Assembly: GCA_041645555.1 (NCBI GenBank)
Contig: JBAZPX010000003.1
Span: 599 to 64,598 of the forward strand
Reading direction: 5' to 3'
DNA: 64,000 nt
From: Patescibacteria group bacterium
GTDB lineage: Bacteria > Patescibacteriota > Patescibacteriia > Patescibacteriales > JAQTRU01
The position numbers were made by a program, and so were the translations under genes. A model generated the notes under the pieces. That model was not told the origin of the DNA, did no database searches, and worked only from the letters and a program-made list of their open reading frames with translations. How positions within the stretch are numbered: the first letter of the stretch is position 1; each line of letters opens with the position of its first letter. Below are positions 27,041 to 35,563 of this stretch, piece after piece.

Positions 27041-28426
27041 ATGACAAAAAATGAGTTAATGGAGAAAATTGTGTCTTTAACTAAGAGGCGGGGTTTTGTT
27101 TTTCCCAGCTCGGAAATTTACGGGGGCCTGGCCGCGGTTTACGATTACGGGCCTTACGGCGTTGAGCTGGCGAACAATATCAAGCGGGCCTGGTGGCGCG
27201 AAATGGTGCAACTGCGGGAAGATATCGTCGGCTTGGATTCAGCCATTTTTATGCACCCGAAAATTTGGGAAGCCAGCGGGCACGTTGCCGGTTTTGCCGA
27301 TCCGCTAGTCGAATGCAAGAAATGCCATATTCGCCTAAGGCTTGACCATCTTTTGGAAGATATCGGCGTTCAGGCGGATGAAAAAATGTCTGAACAGGAA
27401 ATTGACCTTGCATTTAAAGAAAATAAAGCGAAAATCAAATGCCAAAGCTGCGGCGGCAAAGAATTTACGGATGTTAAGAAATTTAATTTATTGGTTAAAT
27501 CAAATTTGGGAAATTTTACTGAAGATTGGACAAAAGAACCGACTTATTTAAGGGGCGAGACCTGCCAGGGAATTTATGTTAATTATAAAAATGTCTTGGA
27601 CTCAAGCCGGGTAAAAATACCTTTTGGCATCGCTCAGATCGGCAAGGCTTTCCGCAATGAAATTACCGCCCGGCAATTTATTTTCCGCACGCGCGAATTT
27701 GAACAGATGGAGATGCAGTATTTTACCAGTCCTCAAGAAGATATGAAGGAATATAAAAAACTTAAAGATTATAGGTGGAATTTTTACTTATCTTTGGGGA
27801 TTGATAAAAAAAATTTGAAATGGATGAAACACAAAAATTTAGTTTTTTACGCCAAGGAAGCTTATGATATCGAATATAATTTTCCCTTCGGCTTTAAAGA
27901 GCTTGAGGGTGTTCACGCTAGAGGAAATTATGATTTAACCCAGCATCAAAAATTTTCCGGGAAAGACCTTTCTTATGTTGATCCGGCAACTCAAGAAAAA
28001 TATATCCCGCATATCATAGAATCGTCTGCCGGCGTGGGAAGAATTTTTTTAGCGGTTTTAACCGAGGCCTATTGCGAAGAGAAGATTGGCGATGAAACCA
28101 GAACCGTTTTAAAGCTTGATAAGAAACTTTCGCCTATAAAAGTGGCGGTTTTCCCGTTAATGAGAAACAAACCAGAATTAGTGAATAAAGCCAAGGATAT
28201 TTTTAATGATTTGAAGATGGAATTTATGTGCGAGTTTGATGATAACGGTAATGTGGGGAAGCGCTATCGCCGGCAGGACGAAATCGGCACGCCTTATTGC
28301 ATTACCGTAGACTTTGACAGTCTGGAAAAAGACGACGTAACCGTGCGCGACCGCGATAGTATGAAGCAGGTGAGGGTAAAGATAAAAGAATTGAGGGAGT
28401 ATTTTAAGGAGAGGCTGGAGAAATAG
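27041..28426 (+). CDS. glyQS: glycine--tRNA ligase (dimeric GlyQS type)
   Basis: 461-aa ORF. GLAAVYDYGPYGVELANNIKRAWW, class II motifs (FRNEITARQFIFRTREFEQMEMQYF) and an anticodon-binding C-terminus. Confidence 0.95.
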   Translation: MTKNELMEKIVSLTKRRGFVFPSSEIYGGLAAVYDYGPYGVELANNIKRAWWREMVQLREDIVGLDSAIFMHPKIWEASGHVAGFADPLVECKKCHIRLRLDHLLEDIGVQADEKMSEQEIDLAFKENKAKIKCQSCGGKEFTDVKKFNLLVKSNLGNFTEDWTKEPTYLRGETCQGIYVNYKNVLDSSRVKIPFGIAQIGKAFRNEITARQFIFRTREFEQMEMQYFTSPQEDMKEYKKLKDYRWNFYLSLGIDKKNLKWMKHKNLVFYAKEAYDIEYNFPFGFKELEGVHARGNYDLTQHQKFSGKDLSYVDPATQEKYIPHIIESSAGVGRIFLAVLTEAYCEEKIGDETRTVLKLDKKLSPIKVAVFPLMRNKPELVNKAKDIFNDLKMEFMCEFDDNGNVGKRYRRQDEIGTPYCITVDFDSLEKDDVTVRDRDSMKQVRVKIKELREYFKERLEK

Positions 28427-28475
28427 GATTCTTAAGATTCTTGGGATTTTTAGGATTATTGGGAATTGATCTAAA

Positions 28476-28518
28476 ATAAAAAGAAGCGGAACGCTTAAAA
28501 GTTGTTCCGCTTTTTTAT
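28476..28518. terminator. bidirectional terminator
   Basis: AGCGGAAC / GTTCCGCT stem flanked by an A-run and a T-run. Confidence 0.6.
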
Positions 28519-28535
28519 TCAGGAATACCAGATTT

Positions 28536-28721
28536 TTAGACTGGAAGGGGTCTTGGCTGCCCTTGGCGATGGGGGAAAGTGCCCCTAGGCATTTTATTTT
28601 TGGTGGTAGTGGTATCTTTTTCTGAAAGATCCGTAACTGAAATCTGCGAAAGATTACCCAATTCTCTCGCCCGTCGGTTCTTTAGACTATGTAGCCGCGT
28701 TGAAGTTCTGACCTGTCCCAT
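28536..28721 (-). CDS. 61-aa basic small protein (or sRNA) with its own consensus promoter
   Basis: MGQVRTSTRLHSLKNRRARELGNL.... AAGGGGG lies upstream of the ATG. The unit is framed by the promoter at 28776-28804 and the terminator at 28476-28518. Confidence 0.4.
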   Translation of the reverse strand: MGQVRTSTRLHSLKNRRARELGNLSQISVTDLSEKDTTTTKNKMPRGTFPHRQGQPRPLPV

Positions 28722-28775
28722 GGCTTAACCCCCTTTATAAAGAGTGAAAATTTGTTTTTTTTATTGTCTCTTTAT

Positions 28776-28804
28776 ATTATAAGACGTATAAGTCAAGTTG
28801 TCAA
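28776..28804 (-). promoter_or_regulatory. perfect-consensus promoter
   Basis: On the minus strand: TTGACA (28804-28799), 17-nt spacer, TATAAT (28781-28776). Confidence 0.6.
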
Positions 28805-28834
28805 AAACGAAAGGTAATTCTATAATTAAAATAT

Positions 28835-28984
28835 GCCTCACTCCCTCTCCCCCTGCCCCTCTCCCGCTCTTGTCATCGCGGGCGCGGGGAGCTAGGGAAA
28901 AGACTTTAAAATAGTTCCCTTCTCCCCGCCCAAGTTTCTCGCAGAAATTTGAGTGGGGAGAAGGGTTAGGGATGAGGGGAAAAT
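28835..28984. repeat. GC-rich C/G-tract hairpin repeats
   Basis: CTCCCTCTCCCCCTGCCCCTCTCCCGC..., and CCTTCTCCCC...GGGGAGAAGG. It shares CCCCTGCCCC with the block at 40478-40566. Confidence 0.5.
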
Positions 28985-29842
28985 ATGCCTGCCAAGCTTT
29001 ATAAAATTTTACTGGTTTTTGGCATAGTGGCGGTTTTATTAGCGGTCCCGATTTTCGTTTTTTCTTACAATCCGTCTCGAGAACTGGAAGTTAGTTTTTT
29101 GGACGTTGGCCAGGGCGACGCGATTTTAATTAAATCGCCGATGGGGCAAAATATTTTAATTGACGGCGGACCGGACAGTAAAGTCATAGAAGGGCTGGGG
29201 AAAAATTTGCCTTTTTGGGATAAGCGGATTGATTTAATGGTTTTAACCCATCCCCACGATGACCATGTGACCGGCTTAATTGAGGTGATAGAACGATATA
29301 GCGTAAAAAAGATTGTTTATACCGGCGTTATCCACGATGCGCCGAACTATCTGGAATGGCTGGGAAAAATAAGAGAAAGAAAAATACCCCTCGTAATTAT
29401 TGACCGGCCGCAAAAGATTGTTTTGGGCGATGATTGCTATTTAGAAATAATATCCCCGCGCAAAAGTTTATTGGGCCGGGAAACAGATAATCTAAATAAT
29501 AGCTCTATAGTGGCTAAGTTAGTTTATGGCCAGACGAAATTCTTGCTGGCGGGCGATGCCGAGATAGAAGTGGAAAAAGAATTGCTCTCCGGTGGCGGTG
29601 ATTTGTCCGCCCAAGTTTTAAAAGCCGGCCATCATAGCTCTGATACTTCTTCTAGCGAGGATTTTTTAGAAGCGGTTAGCCCCCAAATAGCCGTAATCCA
29701 GGTTGGCAAAGACAATGATTTCGGCCACCCCAATTTAAGAATTTTAAAAAGACTGGAAAGAATTGGGGCCAAAGTTTTTAGAACCGATGTTGACGAAACC
29801 ATAAAGCTGGTTAGCGATGGAGGAAAAATAAGTGAGAAATAA
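28985..29842 (+). CDS. ComEC/Rec2-type metallo-beta-lactamase domain protein with N-terminal TM anchor
   Basis: 285-aa ORF. SFLDVGQGDAILIKSP, ILIDGG and LTHPHDDHVTGL are typical of the ComEC MBL domain. The channel domain is absent. Confidence 0.85.
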   Translation: MPAKLYKILLVFGIVAVLLAVPIFVFSYNPSRELEVSFLDVGQGDAILIKSPMGQNILIDGGPDSKVIEGLGKNLPFWDKRIDLMVLTHPHDDHVTGLIEVIERYSVKKIVYTGVIHDAPNYLEWLGKIRERKIPLVIIDRPQKIVLGDDCYLEIISPRKSLLGRETDNLNNSSIVAKLVYGQTKFLLAGDAEIEVEKELLSGGGDLSAQVLKAGHHSSDTSSSEDFLEAVSPQIAVIQVGKDNDFGHPNLRILKRLERIGAKVFRTDVDETIKLVSDGGKISEK

Positions 29843-29857
29843 GAAAAATAAACAGGG

Positions 29858-30020
29858 GACGCTTCGCTAGGACCTACTTTTGTAACCAAAAGTAGGCAAT
29901 CCCGAGGCCTCGGGACGGGGGCCTCCCGCCGTCGCTAAAGCTATGGCGGGCAAGCAATTCTTAGCTCAGCCTGCCCCGCAGTATTGCGGGGTTCGGCCCC
30001 CGAACCCCTTGGTGATTTTA
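29858..30020. repeat. cluster of GC-rich palindromic repeats
   Basis: Contains the second copy of the 26-mer, the hairpin CCTACTTTTG/CAAAAGTAGG, and GCCTGCCCCGCAG + TGCGGGG (29969-29991). The last one recurs inside the interrupted tRNA at 59381-59415. Confidence 0.6.
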
Positions 30021-30142
30021 ACATCGAGTATTAGAGTTAATAAGAGATAATGAAGAGATAATAGAAAGACAGGTTAAATTCAAAAAACACCATAAATATT
30101 GGTGTTTTTTTGATTGTCTTATGGATTGACCGCGTAAGGGGG

Positions 30143-30171
30143 TTGACAAGACTATTTTTGTATGCTAAGAT
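30143..30171 (+). promoter_or_regulatory. near-consensus promoter for the rod-like RNA
   Basis: TTGACA (30143-30148), 17-nt spacer, TAAGAT (30166-30171). Confidence 0.55.
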
Positions 30172-30177
30172 ACCAAG

Positions 30178-30387
30178 TTAACAATTGAAGGCCGTTTTAA
30201 ACGGGTCAGGCACGACAAGCATGGGGATTTTCTTATTAGGGTTTTTAGGCCTATAATAGGAAGTAAAATAAGTAATTAAATTAATCCAGATATGCCGGTC
30301 AAGAAGAGGAATTTTTGTTTTCTGTTTTAGGCTTAGAAACACCTAAAGGAAATTTTCTTGCCTGCCCGTTTAAGTCGGTCTTTTTTT
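30178..30387 (+). ncRNA. candidate ~200-nt rod-like sRNA (6S-RNA-like architecture)
   Basis: GGCCGTTTTAAACGGGTCAGGCA (30190-30212) pairs with TGCCTGCCCGTTTAAGTCGGTC (30359-30380) over about 22 positions, with one bulge, one mismatch and G-U pairs. TTTTTTT follows directly. Internal hairpins are present and there is no ORF. Confidence 0.4.
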
Positions 30388-30536
30388 GTTGCAAATGCTA
30401 TCCCGCTAGAGCGGGACAGGCGAAGAAGATATTCAAATTAAAGTAATTGACCCAAGTTTAAATTAGTGGTATGTTGAAATAACAAAAAAAGTGAATTTGA
30501 TCTTTCGTTCTCATGTAGAGGGAAAGGAGAACTATT

Positions 30537-30860
30537 ATGTTAAATCCGCCCACCAAGGACCAGCTTAACCAAATACCGCAGCTACGCGAGACAGAGAGTA
30601 TCCCGGATGAAGAAAAAATGATTTACCTGCATTTTTTCCACGGTAATTGTCATTGGTTCATTGCTGAATTTGATGGAGAGAATACTTTCTTTGGATGTGC
30701 AGTCTCGGATGATGGCTCGGGGAAGCCCAACTGGAGAGATATCGATTTTTCAGATCTCAAATTGATCTGCGTTGATAGCCTTCAAGTTTCATGCGAACCA
30801 GGATGGGTAGTTAAGAAAGTTTCTGATATTGATATCATCAGACGTAGTATACTTTTATAA
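30537..30860 (+). CDS. DUF2958-like protein
   Basis: 107-aa ORF with AAAGGAG upstream. LHFFHGNCHWFIAEFDGENTFFGCAV resembles the DUF2958 core as I remember it; that family is often plasmid- or MGE-borne. Confidence 0.5.
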   Translation: MLNPPTKDQLNQIPQLRETESIPDEEKMIYLHFFHGNCHWFIAEFDGENTFFGCAVSDDGSGKPNWRDIDFSDLKLICVDSLQVSCEPGWVVKKVSDIDIIRRSILL

Positions 30861-30983
30861 CCGCTTCTTTGATTTTAAAAGATGGTAAGAGGGAGAGAAA
30901 ATTTGCGCGCAACCGCCAAGTTTGATACAAAACCGCCGGACATGGAGTTCGGCGGTATTTTTATTTAAATAGATTTTTCATCT

Positions 30984-32939
30984 TTAATTATTTCCAGTAG
31001 CTGGAGTATTATTATTTATAATTTCCGGCGGGATTGATTCGGTCGCGGGCGGGGGAGTGGCCGGAAGCGGTTCTTCTGCGGTCGGAGGCGTTTCCGTTAA
31101 TTTTTCCACGCCGATTAAACAAACTTCCTGCCAGGGGACATAGTGGGAGGAAAATCTTCTAGATTTTATTTCCGGCGTGGAAGTGGCTCCGGAAATCGGA
31201 TAGGTTACTTTGTAGTCAAAATAAGCGTCGGCGCCATTATGGGCTTTTTCCGTGCATTTTTTTTCTCCGGGTTTTAAATCCAAAGTTTCTATAATTTTTG
31301 TCGGTCCGGGTTTGACGATATTATAAATTTTTGGATCGGTTTTTTCCACGAGGCGGCCGTCTTTAGTTCCCCAGAAATCAAAATATAAATTATCGCCGGC
31401 AATCCGAGTTTGAATTAAAATATGGTTGCCGATATCGTTAATAAAACGGACATCGGGCCAAGGACTATAAATCGTGGCGTCGGTGCCGGCCGGTTCATAA
31501 TAGGAAACGCGGTAAGAATGATTTTGCCGCATAGTTATGGGCAAGCCGGTTGCTACAGCTCCCCGGAACATGGTCGTGCCGATTTGGCAGAGCCCGCCGC
31601 CGTATTCCGGAATAGTTTCATTGCCCTTTATAACTAATTCAGGCAGATAACCGGTTTCAGCCTCAATTTCACCCAAGGCTTTATTTAAAGAAAATTCTTC
31701 CCCGGGCTTTATTAAAATGCCGTTTAACGAATCAGAACCGACTTTTATGTTGTGGCGCCGATTAACCGGGGAGCCGGAAAAATTAGACTGGCCCGTGCCG
31801 ATAATTTCTTTTATCCCCAAATCATTTATTTGGCCGGTGCCGACCGTACTTTTTACTTCTTCAGTTATTAGCTCCACTATGTTGTTTTTATTATTAATAA
31901 ATTCATTTTTGATTTTTTCCAAATTGTCTGCCATTTTTAACTTTAAGCCGTCCTGGCTTCCCTGGAATTCCACGACCCGGTTATTGCTCATTTTAAAGCG
32001 GGCGTCAATCGGCTCCTTTTCTATTTCCGGAGCAACGGTTTTTTCTAAAAATTCAGTTAATTTTTCCGGGCTTAAATTAACTAATATTTCTCCCCGGCCA
32101 TTTTCCTGACGCTCCAAAGCCAGCCAATCGGCCAGCTCTCTTTTTTCTATAACCCATTTTCTTTCTTTGTAAGTTAAAGCCAGAGGGGCGGTTTCTAGAA
32201 TTTTTCCAGCCCCAGCTTCAACGTTTAAGCATTCGTTTTTGTAGATGGAGGGGTAATCGGTTTTAGTGGCGAGTTCTATGGAAGAGAAGTTTAGTTTATT
32301 TAATCTTATTTTCAGTTCTTCTAGGCCTTTCTCGTAATCTATAACTTTTCCCAGTTTTTCTTCATTTACGGAAAAGATAATCTCTTCCGGGTTAGCCGGC
32401 GTGGTGGTAGCGGTTAAAGCAGCGCTTTTAGCCGGGTTCTCAAATTTTTCATAATTGGCTTTAAGGATTTTTTTTATTTCCTCCTCATTCATGGTATAAA
32501 TTATTCCGGCCGGTTTTCCGAAAAGCAGGGCCGTTGCCTTATTCTCTAAATCAAGGAAAAAATTTTGGTTTCGGCCGAAAGAAAATATTTCTTCGCTGGT
32601 TTGTTCGGGATCAAAAGAGACGACCCGGTAAGCCAGGTCAGCTTCCAGAGAAGCGATGGTCGGCGTAAGGGTCGTCTGCGAGTCCTCATATTTAAATTTT
32701 ATTCCAGTTCGGTTAAATTCATCAATTTTTTCCTCAAATAATTTTTTCGCCCCCTCTTTTGTCAGCCCGCTTAAATCTACATTTCCTATTTTAATTCCCG
32801 AATAGATCCTCCCTTCGTACTGCTTATTGAGGATAAAAATAGCCAGAGAAATTATAACTAGAAAAATAAAAAAAACAGCTACGGGAAGAAGTAGCCATTT
32901 CAGAATCCGGCTTTTTGGCGGGTCTATCGCTAAAGACAT
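30984..32939 (-). CDS. VanW family protein
   Basis: 651-aa ORF with an N-terminal TM helix. GGGLCQIGTTMFRGAVATGLPI...HSYRVSYYEPAGTDATI is the VanW core. Pro/Thr-rich tail. Confidence 0.85.
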   Translation of the reverse strand: MSLAIDPPKSRILKWLLLPVAVFFIFLVIISLAIFILNKQYEGRIYSGIKIGNVDLSGLTKEGAKKLFEEKIDEFNRTGIKFKYEDSQTTLTPTIASLEADLAYRVVSFDPEQTSEEIFSFGRNQNFFLDLENKATALLFGKPAGIIYTMNEEEIKKILKANYEKFENPAKSAALTATTTPANPEEIIFSVNEEKLGKVIDYEKGLEELKIRLNKLNFSSIELATKTDYPSIYKNECLNVEAGAGKILETAPLALTYKERKWVIEKRELADWLALERQENGRGEILVNLSPEKLTEFLEKTVAPEIEKEPIDARFKMSNNRVVEFQGSQDGLKLKMADNLEKIKNEFINNKNNIVELITEEVKSTVGTGQINDLGIKEIIGTGQSNFSGSPVNRRHNIKVGSDSLNGILIKPGEEFSLNKALGEIEAETGYLPELVIKGNETIPEYGGGLCQIGTTMFRGAVATGLPITMRQNHSYRVSYYEPAGTDATIYSPWPDVRFINDIGNHILIQTRIAGDNLYFDFWGTKDGRLVEKTDPKIYNIVKPGPTKIIETLDLKPGEKKCTEKAHNGADAYFDYKVTYPISGATSTPEIKSRRFSSHYVPWQEVCLIGVEKLTETPPTAEEPLPATPPPATESIPPEIINNNTPATGNN

Positions 32940-32953
32940 AACGCTAATATCTT

Positions 32954-33175
32954 TTAATTCTCCTCAACCTTTAGGAGTTCGTTTAAAATATCCTTGGCCA
33001 GCCCCTTTTTATCATTTTCTTTTTCCTTATCCCCGCGGATGGAAAAAATCAGGACCGCGCTTTCTTTGGCTTCGGCTGGCAGCTTATCCTTCGGCCAGAT
33101 AATAGTTTCCCCCTTCTCGGTTTTTAAAACAGCTTTTTCATCTTCAAAGCGGTCTATGGTTAATAAATATTCCAT
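32954..33175 (-). CDS. DUF3006-like small protein
   Basis: 73-aa ORF. IDRFEDEKAVLKTE...LPAEAKESAVL fits the DUF3006 pattern. Confidence 0.55.
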   Translation of the reverse strand: MEYLLTIDRFEDEKAVLKTEKGETIIWPKDKLPAEAKESAVLIFSIRGDKEKENDKKGLAKDILNELLKVEEN

Positions 33176-33181
33176 ATTTTA

Positions 33182-33634
33182 TTATCTCTCCTTTATTTTA
33201 ACGGAAATCTGCTTAGTGGCTTTGGATTTCGGCAAAGCGATGGTTAAAACTCCGTTTTCTAAAACCGCTTCAATTTCTTCCGCCTTCACTTCAACGGGCA
33301 AAATTATGGAGCGGGAAAAGGAGCCCCAGTAGCATTCTCTATACAAATAGTCGTCATCTCTTATTTCTTCTTTTTCCTCTCTTTTCCCCCGGATGGTGAG
33401 CATATCGTTATTTATGGAAATATCAATATCTTCCGGCTTAACTCCGGCGATGGTTGATTTTACCACAATCATTTTCGGCGTCTGGAAGACATCAATTGAC
33501 AGCTGGCCTTCTTCGTAATCATCATCCATCCATTCATTGGTTTCTCCCTCATCTCTTATTTCCAATTCCTCGCCGGAATTTTTTTCCAGGTCCTTATTAT
33601 CAAATCCCGCCAGTTTTTTAAAAAAGTTTCCCAT
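33182..33634 (-). CDS. Hsp20 / alpha-crystallin small heat-shock protein
   Basis: 150-aa ORF. The alpha-crystallin domain shows GVKPEDIDISINNDMLTIRGKR and ENGVLTIALPK. A TTGCTT-17-TATAAT promoter lies upstream. Confidence 0.9.
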   Translation of the reverse strand: MGNFFKKLAGFDNKDLEKNSGEELEIRDEGETNEWMDDDYEEGQLSIDVFQTPKMIVVKSTIAGVKPEDIDISINNDMLTIRGKREEKEEIRDDDYLYRECYWGSFSRSIILPVEVKAEEIEAVLENGVLTIALPKSKATKQISVKIKER

Positions 33635-33722
33635 ATCTTTAAAATAATTAAATTAACATACCTCTATTATAAAATTATTATCGGATTTAAGCAAGGGCAA
33701 TTCGGTCGGAGGAGGGTATTTA

Positions 33723-34442
33723 TTATTCTCGTTTAAATTTAATCGGAAGGTAGGCAGAGACATCTTTCTGCGAGTAGCCGCGTTTCCTGAAAAAATCCAG
33801 AACTTTAGTGGTTGTTGCTTCGCCTGCCCGCTCGCCATCAAAAGCAAGAACTTCTTCCGCGGTCTCGGAATCAAAGTTATCATGCAGTTCTTCTTCAAAA
33901 CCAAGTTCGCCCAGTTCACCCTCTTCTTCAATGGCGTTAATGGCCCGGAAAAGATCAGCAAACGTGGCATTTCTGGAAATAGATACTTTTTTTTCTTTTT
34001 TTCTTTCCGTTTTTTCCTTTGTTTTTTTCCAATCCGCTTCATTTTTTTCATTAGCGAGTTTCCATTCTTCACTGTCTTTGCCGTATACATCTTCCGCAAT
34101 GCTCATAGCCAAACCGGAATCTCCGTTTTCAAGGAAAGACCTGTATGCCTGTTCGCCGGCGGCTCTTATCTCTTCCTCCGTGCCTATTCCCATGTTTTTT
34201 CTAAAGCGATATACAAAAGCATAATGGGTTTTTACGGTTTCTTGTGCGATGACGTGTTGTGCGAATAGATTAAGTTCTTCCGGCGGAACGCCCAGTTCCT
34301 TCCCTTTATTAATAACAAGAGCCGCAAGACCTGCGCCCTTTTGTTTCTGTTTTTCCCATTCCGCTTTGTCGTAAGACTCAGGCGACGCCGGCTCCTCCTC
34401 TGGTTGTCCGGGCAGTCCGCCCATTTGTTCCGGTGATCCCAT
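33723..34442 (-). CDS. hypothetical acidic protein in a GC-richer cassette next to tRNA-Val
   Basis: 239-aa ORF, the longest of several overlapping frames. Protein-like core (LFAQHVIAQETVKTHYAFVYRF...). No clear SD, so the start is uncertain. Confidence 0.55.
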   Translation of the reverse strand: MGSPEQMGGLPGQPEEEPASPESYDKAEWEKQKQKGAGLAALVINKGKELGVPPEELNLFAQHVIAQETVKTHYAFVYRFRKNMGIGTEEEIRAAGEQAYRSFLENGDSGLAMSIAEDVYGKDSEEWKLANEKNEADWKKTKEKTERKKEKKVSISRNATFADLFRAINAIEEEGELGELGFEEELHDNFDSETAEEVLAFDGERAGEATTTKVLDFFRKRGYSQKDVSAYLPIKFKRE

Positions 34443-34476
34443 AAAAAACAGTAATGATAAATCGATATGAAATTTG

Positions 34477-34550
34477 TGGGCTTAAGAGGGCTCGGACCTC
34501 TGACCTCCACGATGTCAACGTGGCGCTCTAACCAACTGAGCTATAAGCCC
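34477..34550 (-). tRNA. tRNA-Val(GAC)
   Basis: GGGCTTA TA GCTC AGTTGGTTA GAGC G CCACG TTGACAT CGTGG AGGTC AGAGG TCCGAGC CCTCT TAAGCCC A. Full cloverleaf with no encoded CCA. The T-loop reads TCC rather than the usual TTC. Confidence 0.85.
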
Positions 34551-34803
34551 AAGTATTTATAATGTTATTTATGACTTTTTTTAGGTATCTTCTCCCGGGC
34601 GCAGTTTTTAATTCCTTTTCCCTGTTTCTCGCTGATTTCTCATCAGGATAAAATTCTAAATATATAGGAATCCAAGGTTTATATAATTTTGTTGCCTCAA
34701 CTTCGCCTTTATTATGTTGTGTGAATCTGTGTTTAAAATTATTGGTACTGCCGGTGTATGTTTTGTTTTTATGTTTACTATATATTATATATACTATCCA
34801 CAT
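34528..34803 (-). CDS. GIY-YIG nuclease family protein inserted between tRNA sequences
   Basis: 91-aa ORF. WIVYIIYSKHKNKTYTGSTNNFKHRFTQHN is the GIY-YIG motif. Its last 23 nt overlap the 5' part of tRNA-Val. Confidence 0.85.
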   Translation of the reverse strand: MWIVYIIYSKHKNKTYTGSTNNFKHRFTQHNKGEVEATKLYKPWIPIYLEFYPDEKSARNREKELKTAPGRRYLKKVINNIINTWAYSSVG

Positions 34804-34807
34804 AATA

Positions 34808-34879
34808 CTTGGCGCTCTAACCCGCCTCGCTGAAGCCGAGCTTCAGCTCGGCGAGGCGGGCCAACTGAGCTATAAACCC
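34808..34879 (-). pseudogene. 5' fragment of a Val-like tRNA gene with a 40-nt GC hairpin inserted in the D-loop
   Basis: GGGTTTATAGCTCAGTTGG [CCCGCCTCGC...GCGAGGCGGG, 34860-34821] TTAGAGCGCCAAG, then 4 nt, then the GIY-YIG ATG. It matches positions 1-33 of the intact tRNA-Val at 31 of 33. No 3' half is present. Confidence 0.6.
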
Positions 34880-34905
34880 GTAATTAAATTTACGATTTAC
34901 GGTTA

Positions 34906-35529
34906 TTAAATTTTAAAGTAATCGGAAACAGCAGTCAAGAGTTCGCTCGGTTTATCAACAAGGCGGAAAGGTTTGCCTTTTAACAAAGCTTCCCGTTCCT
35001 GAAATCCCCAAGAGACGCCTATTGAATCTATGCTGAAATGCGATGCCTCCCGCATGTCTCCAAGAGTATCGGTTATAAAGATGTAATCATTCGGCTTCGC
35101 GCTAAATTTTTCAAAAACCATTTTTATTTTTTCAACTTTGCTCTCGTGCACATCATTGCCCATTATTTCGGTAAAATGCCGATCCAGCCCGTGATCCAGC
35201 AAAAAATCCCGAACCGGGCTCGTAATTGTTGAAGAAATTATTATCAGCTTGTAATTTTTTTCGAGCTCAATAATTATCTCTTTAATACCCGGTATGATCC
35301 GGACTTCATTTTTCATTCTCGGGACATATTCCGCAAAAAAATTGATATCGTGCCGGCACTGCTCGGTGTGATGGATTGGCTCTTTGCAATCATTAATATT
35401 TCTATCAAACCGTTTTCGATAAGCATCTTCATCCAAATGAGGACAAATCATTTTCTGAATTTCAAAAGCGAGATTAAAAGAATCAGCTATAACGCCGTCA
35501 AAATCAAATAAAATAAAATGTTCTTTCAT
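34906..35529 (-). CDS. HAD superfamily hydrolase
   Basis: 207-aa ORF with motif I FDFDGVIADS and later HAD motifs (ISSTIT, ITDTLGD). Confidence 0.85.
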   Translation of the reverse strand: MKEHFILFDFDGVIADSFNLAFEIQKMICPHLDEDAYRKRFDRNINDCKEPIHHTEQCRHDINFFAEYVPRMKNEVRIIPGIKEIIIELEKNYKLIIISSTITSPVRDFLLDHGLDRHFTEIMGNDVHESKVEKIKMVFEKFSAKPNDYIFITDTLGDMREASHFSIDSIGVSWGFQEREALLKGKPFRLVDKPSELLTAVSDYFKI

Positions 35530-35563
35530 AATATTTAGAATTCAGAAATCGTCAATTTGTATG

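Noticed and set aside
33653-34268. Several overlapping ORFs (148, 138 and 128 aa) in other frames of the 33.7-34.4 kb cassette
   Set aside because: They are low-complexity K/E/F-rich translations of a Lys/Glu-rich gene. The 239-aa frame is the only one with a protein-like core.
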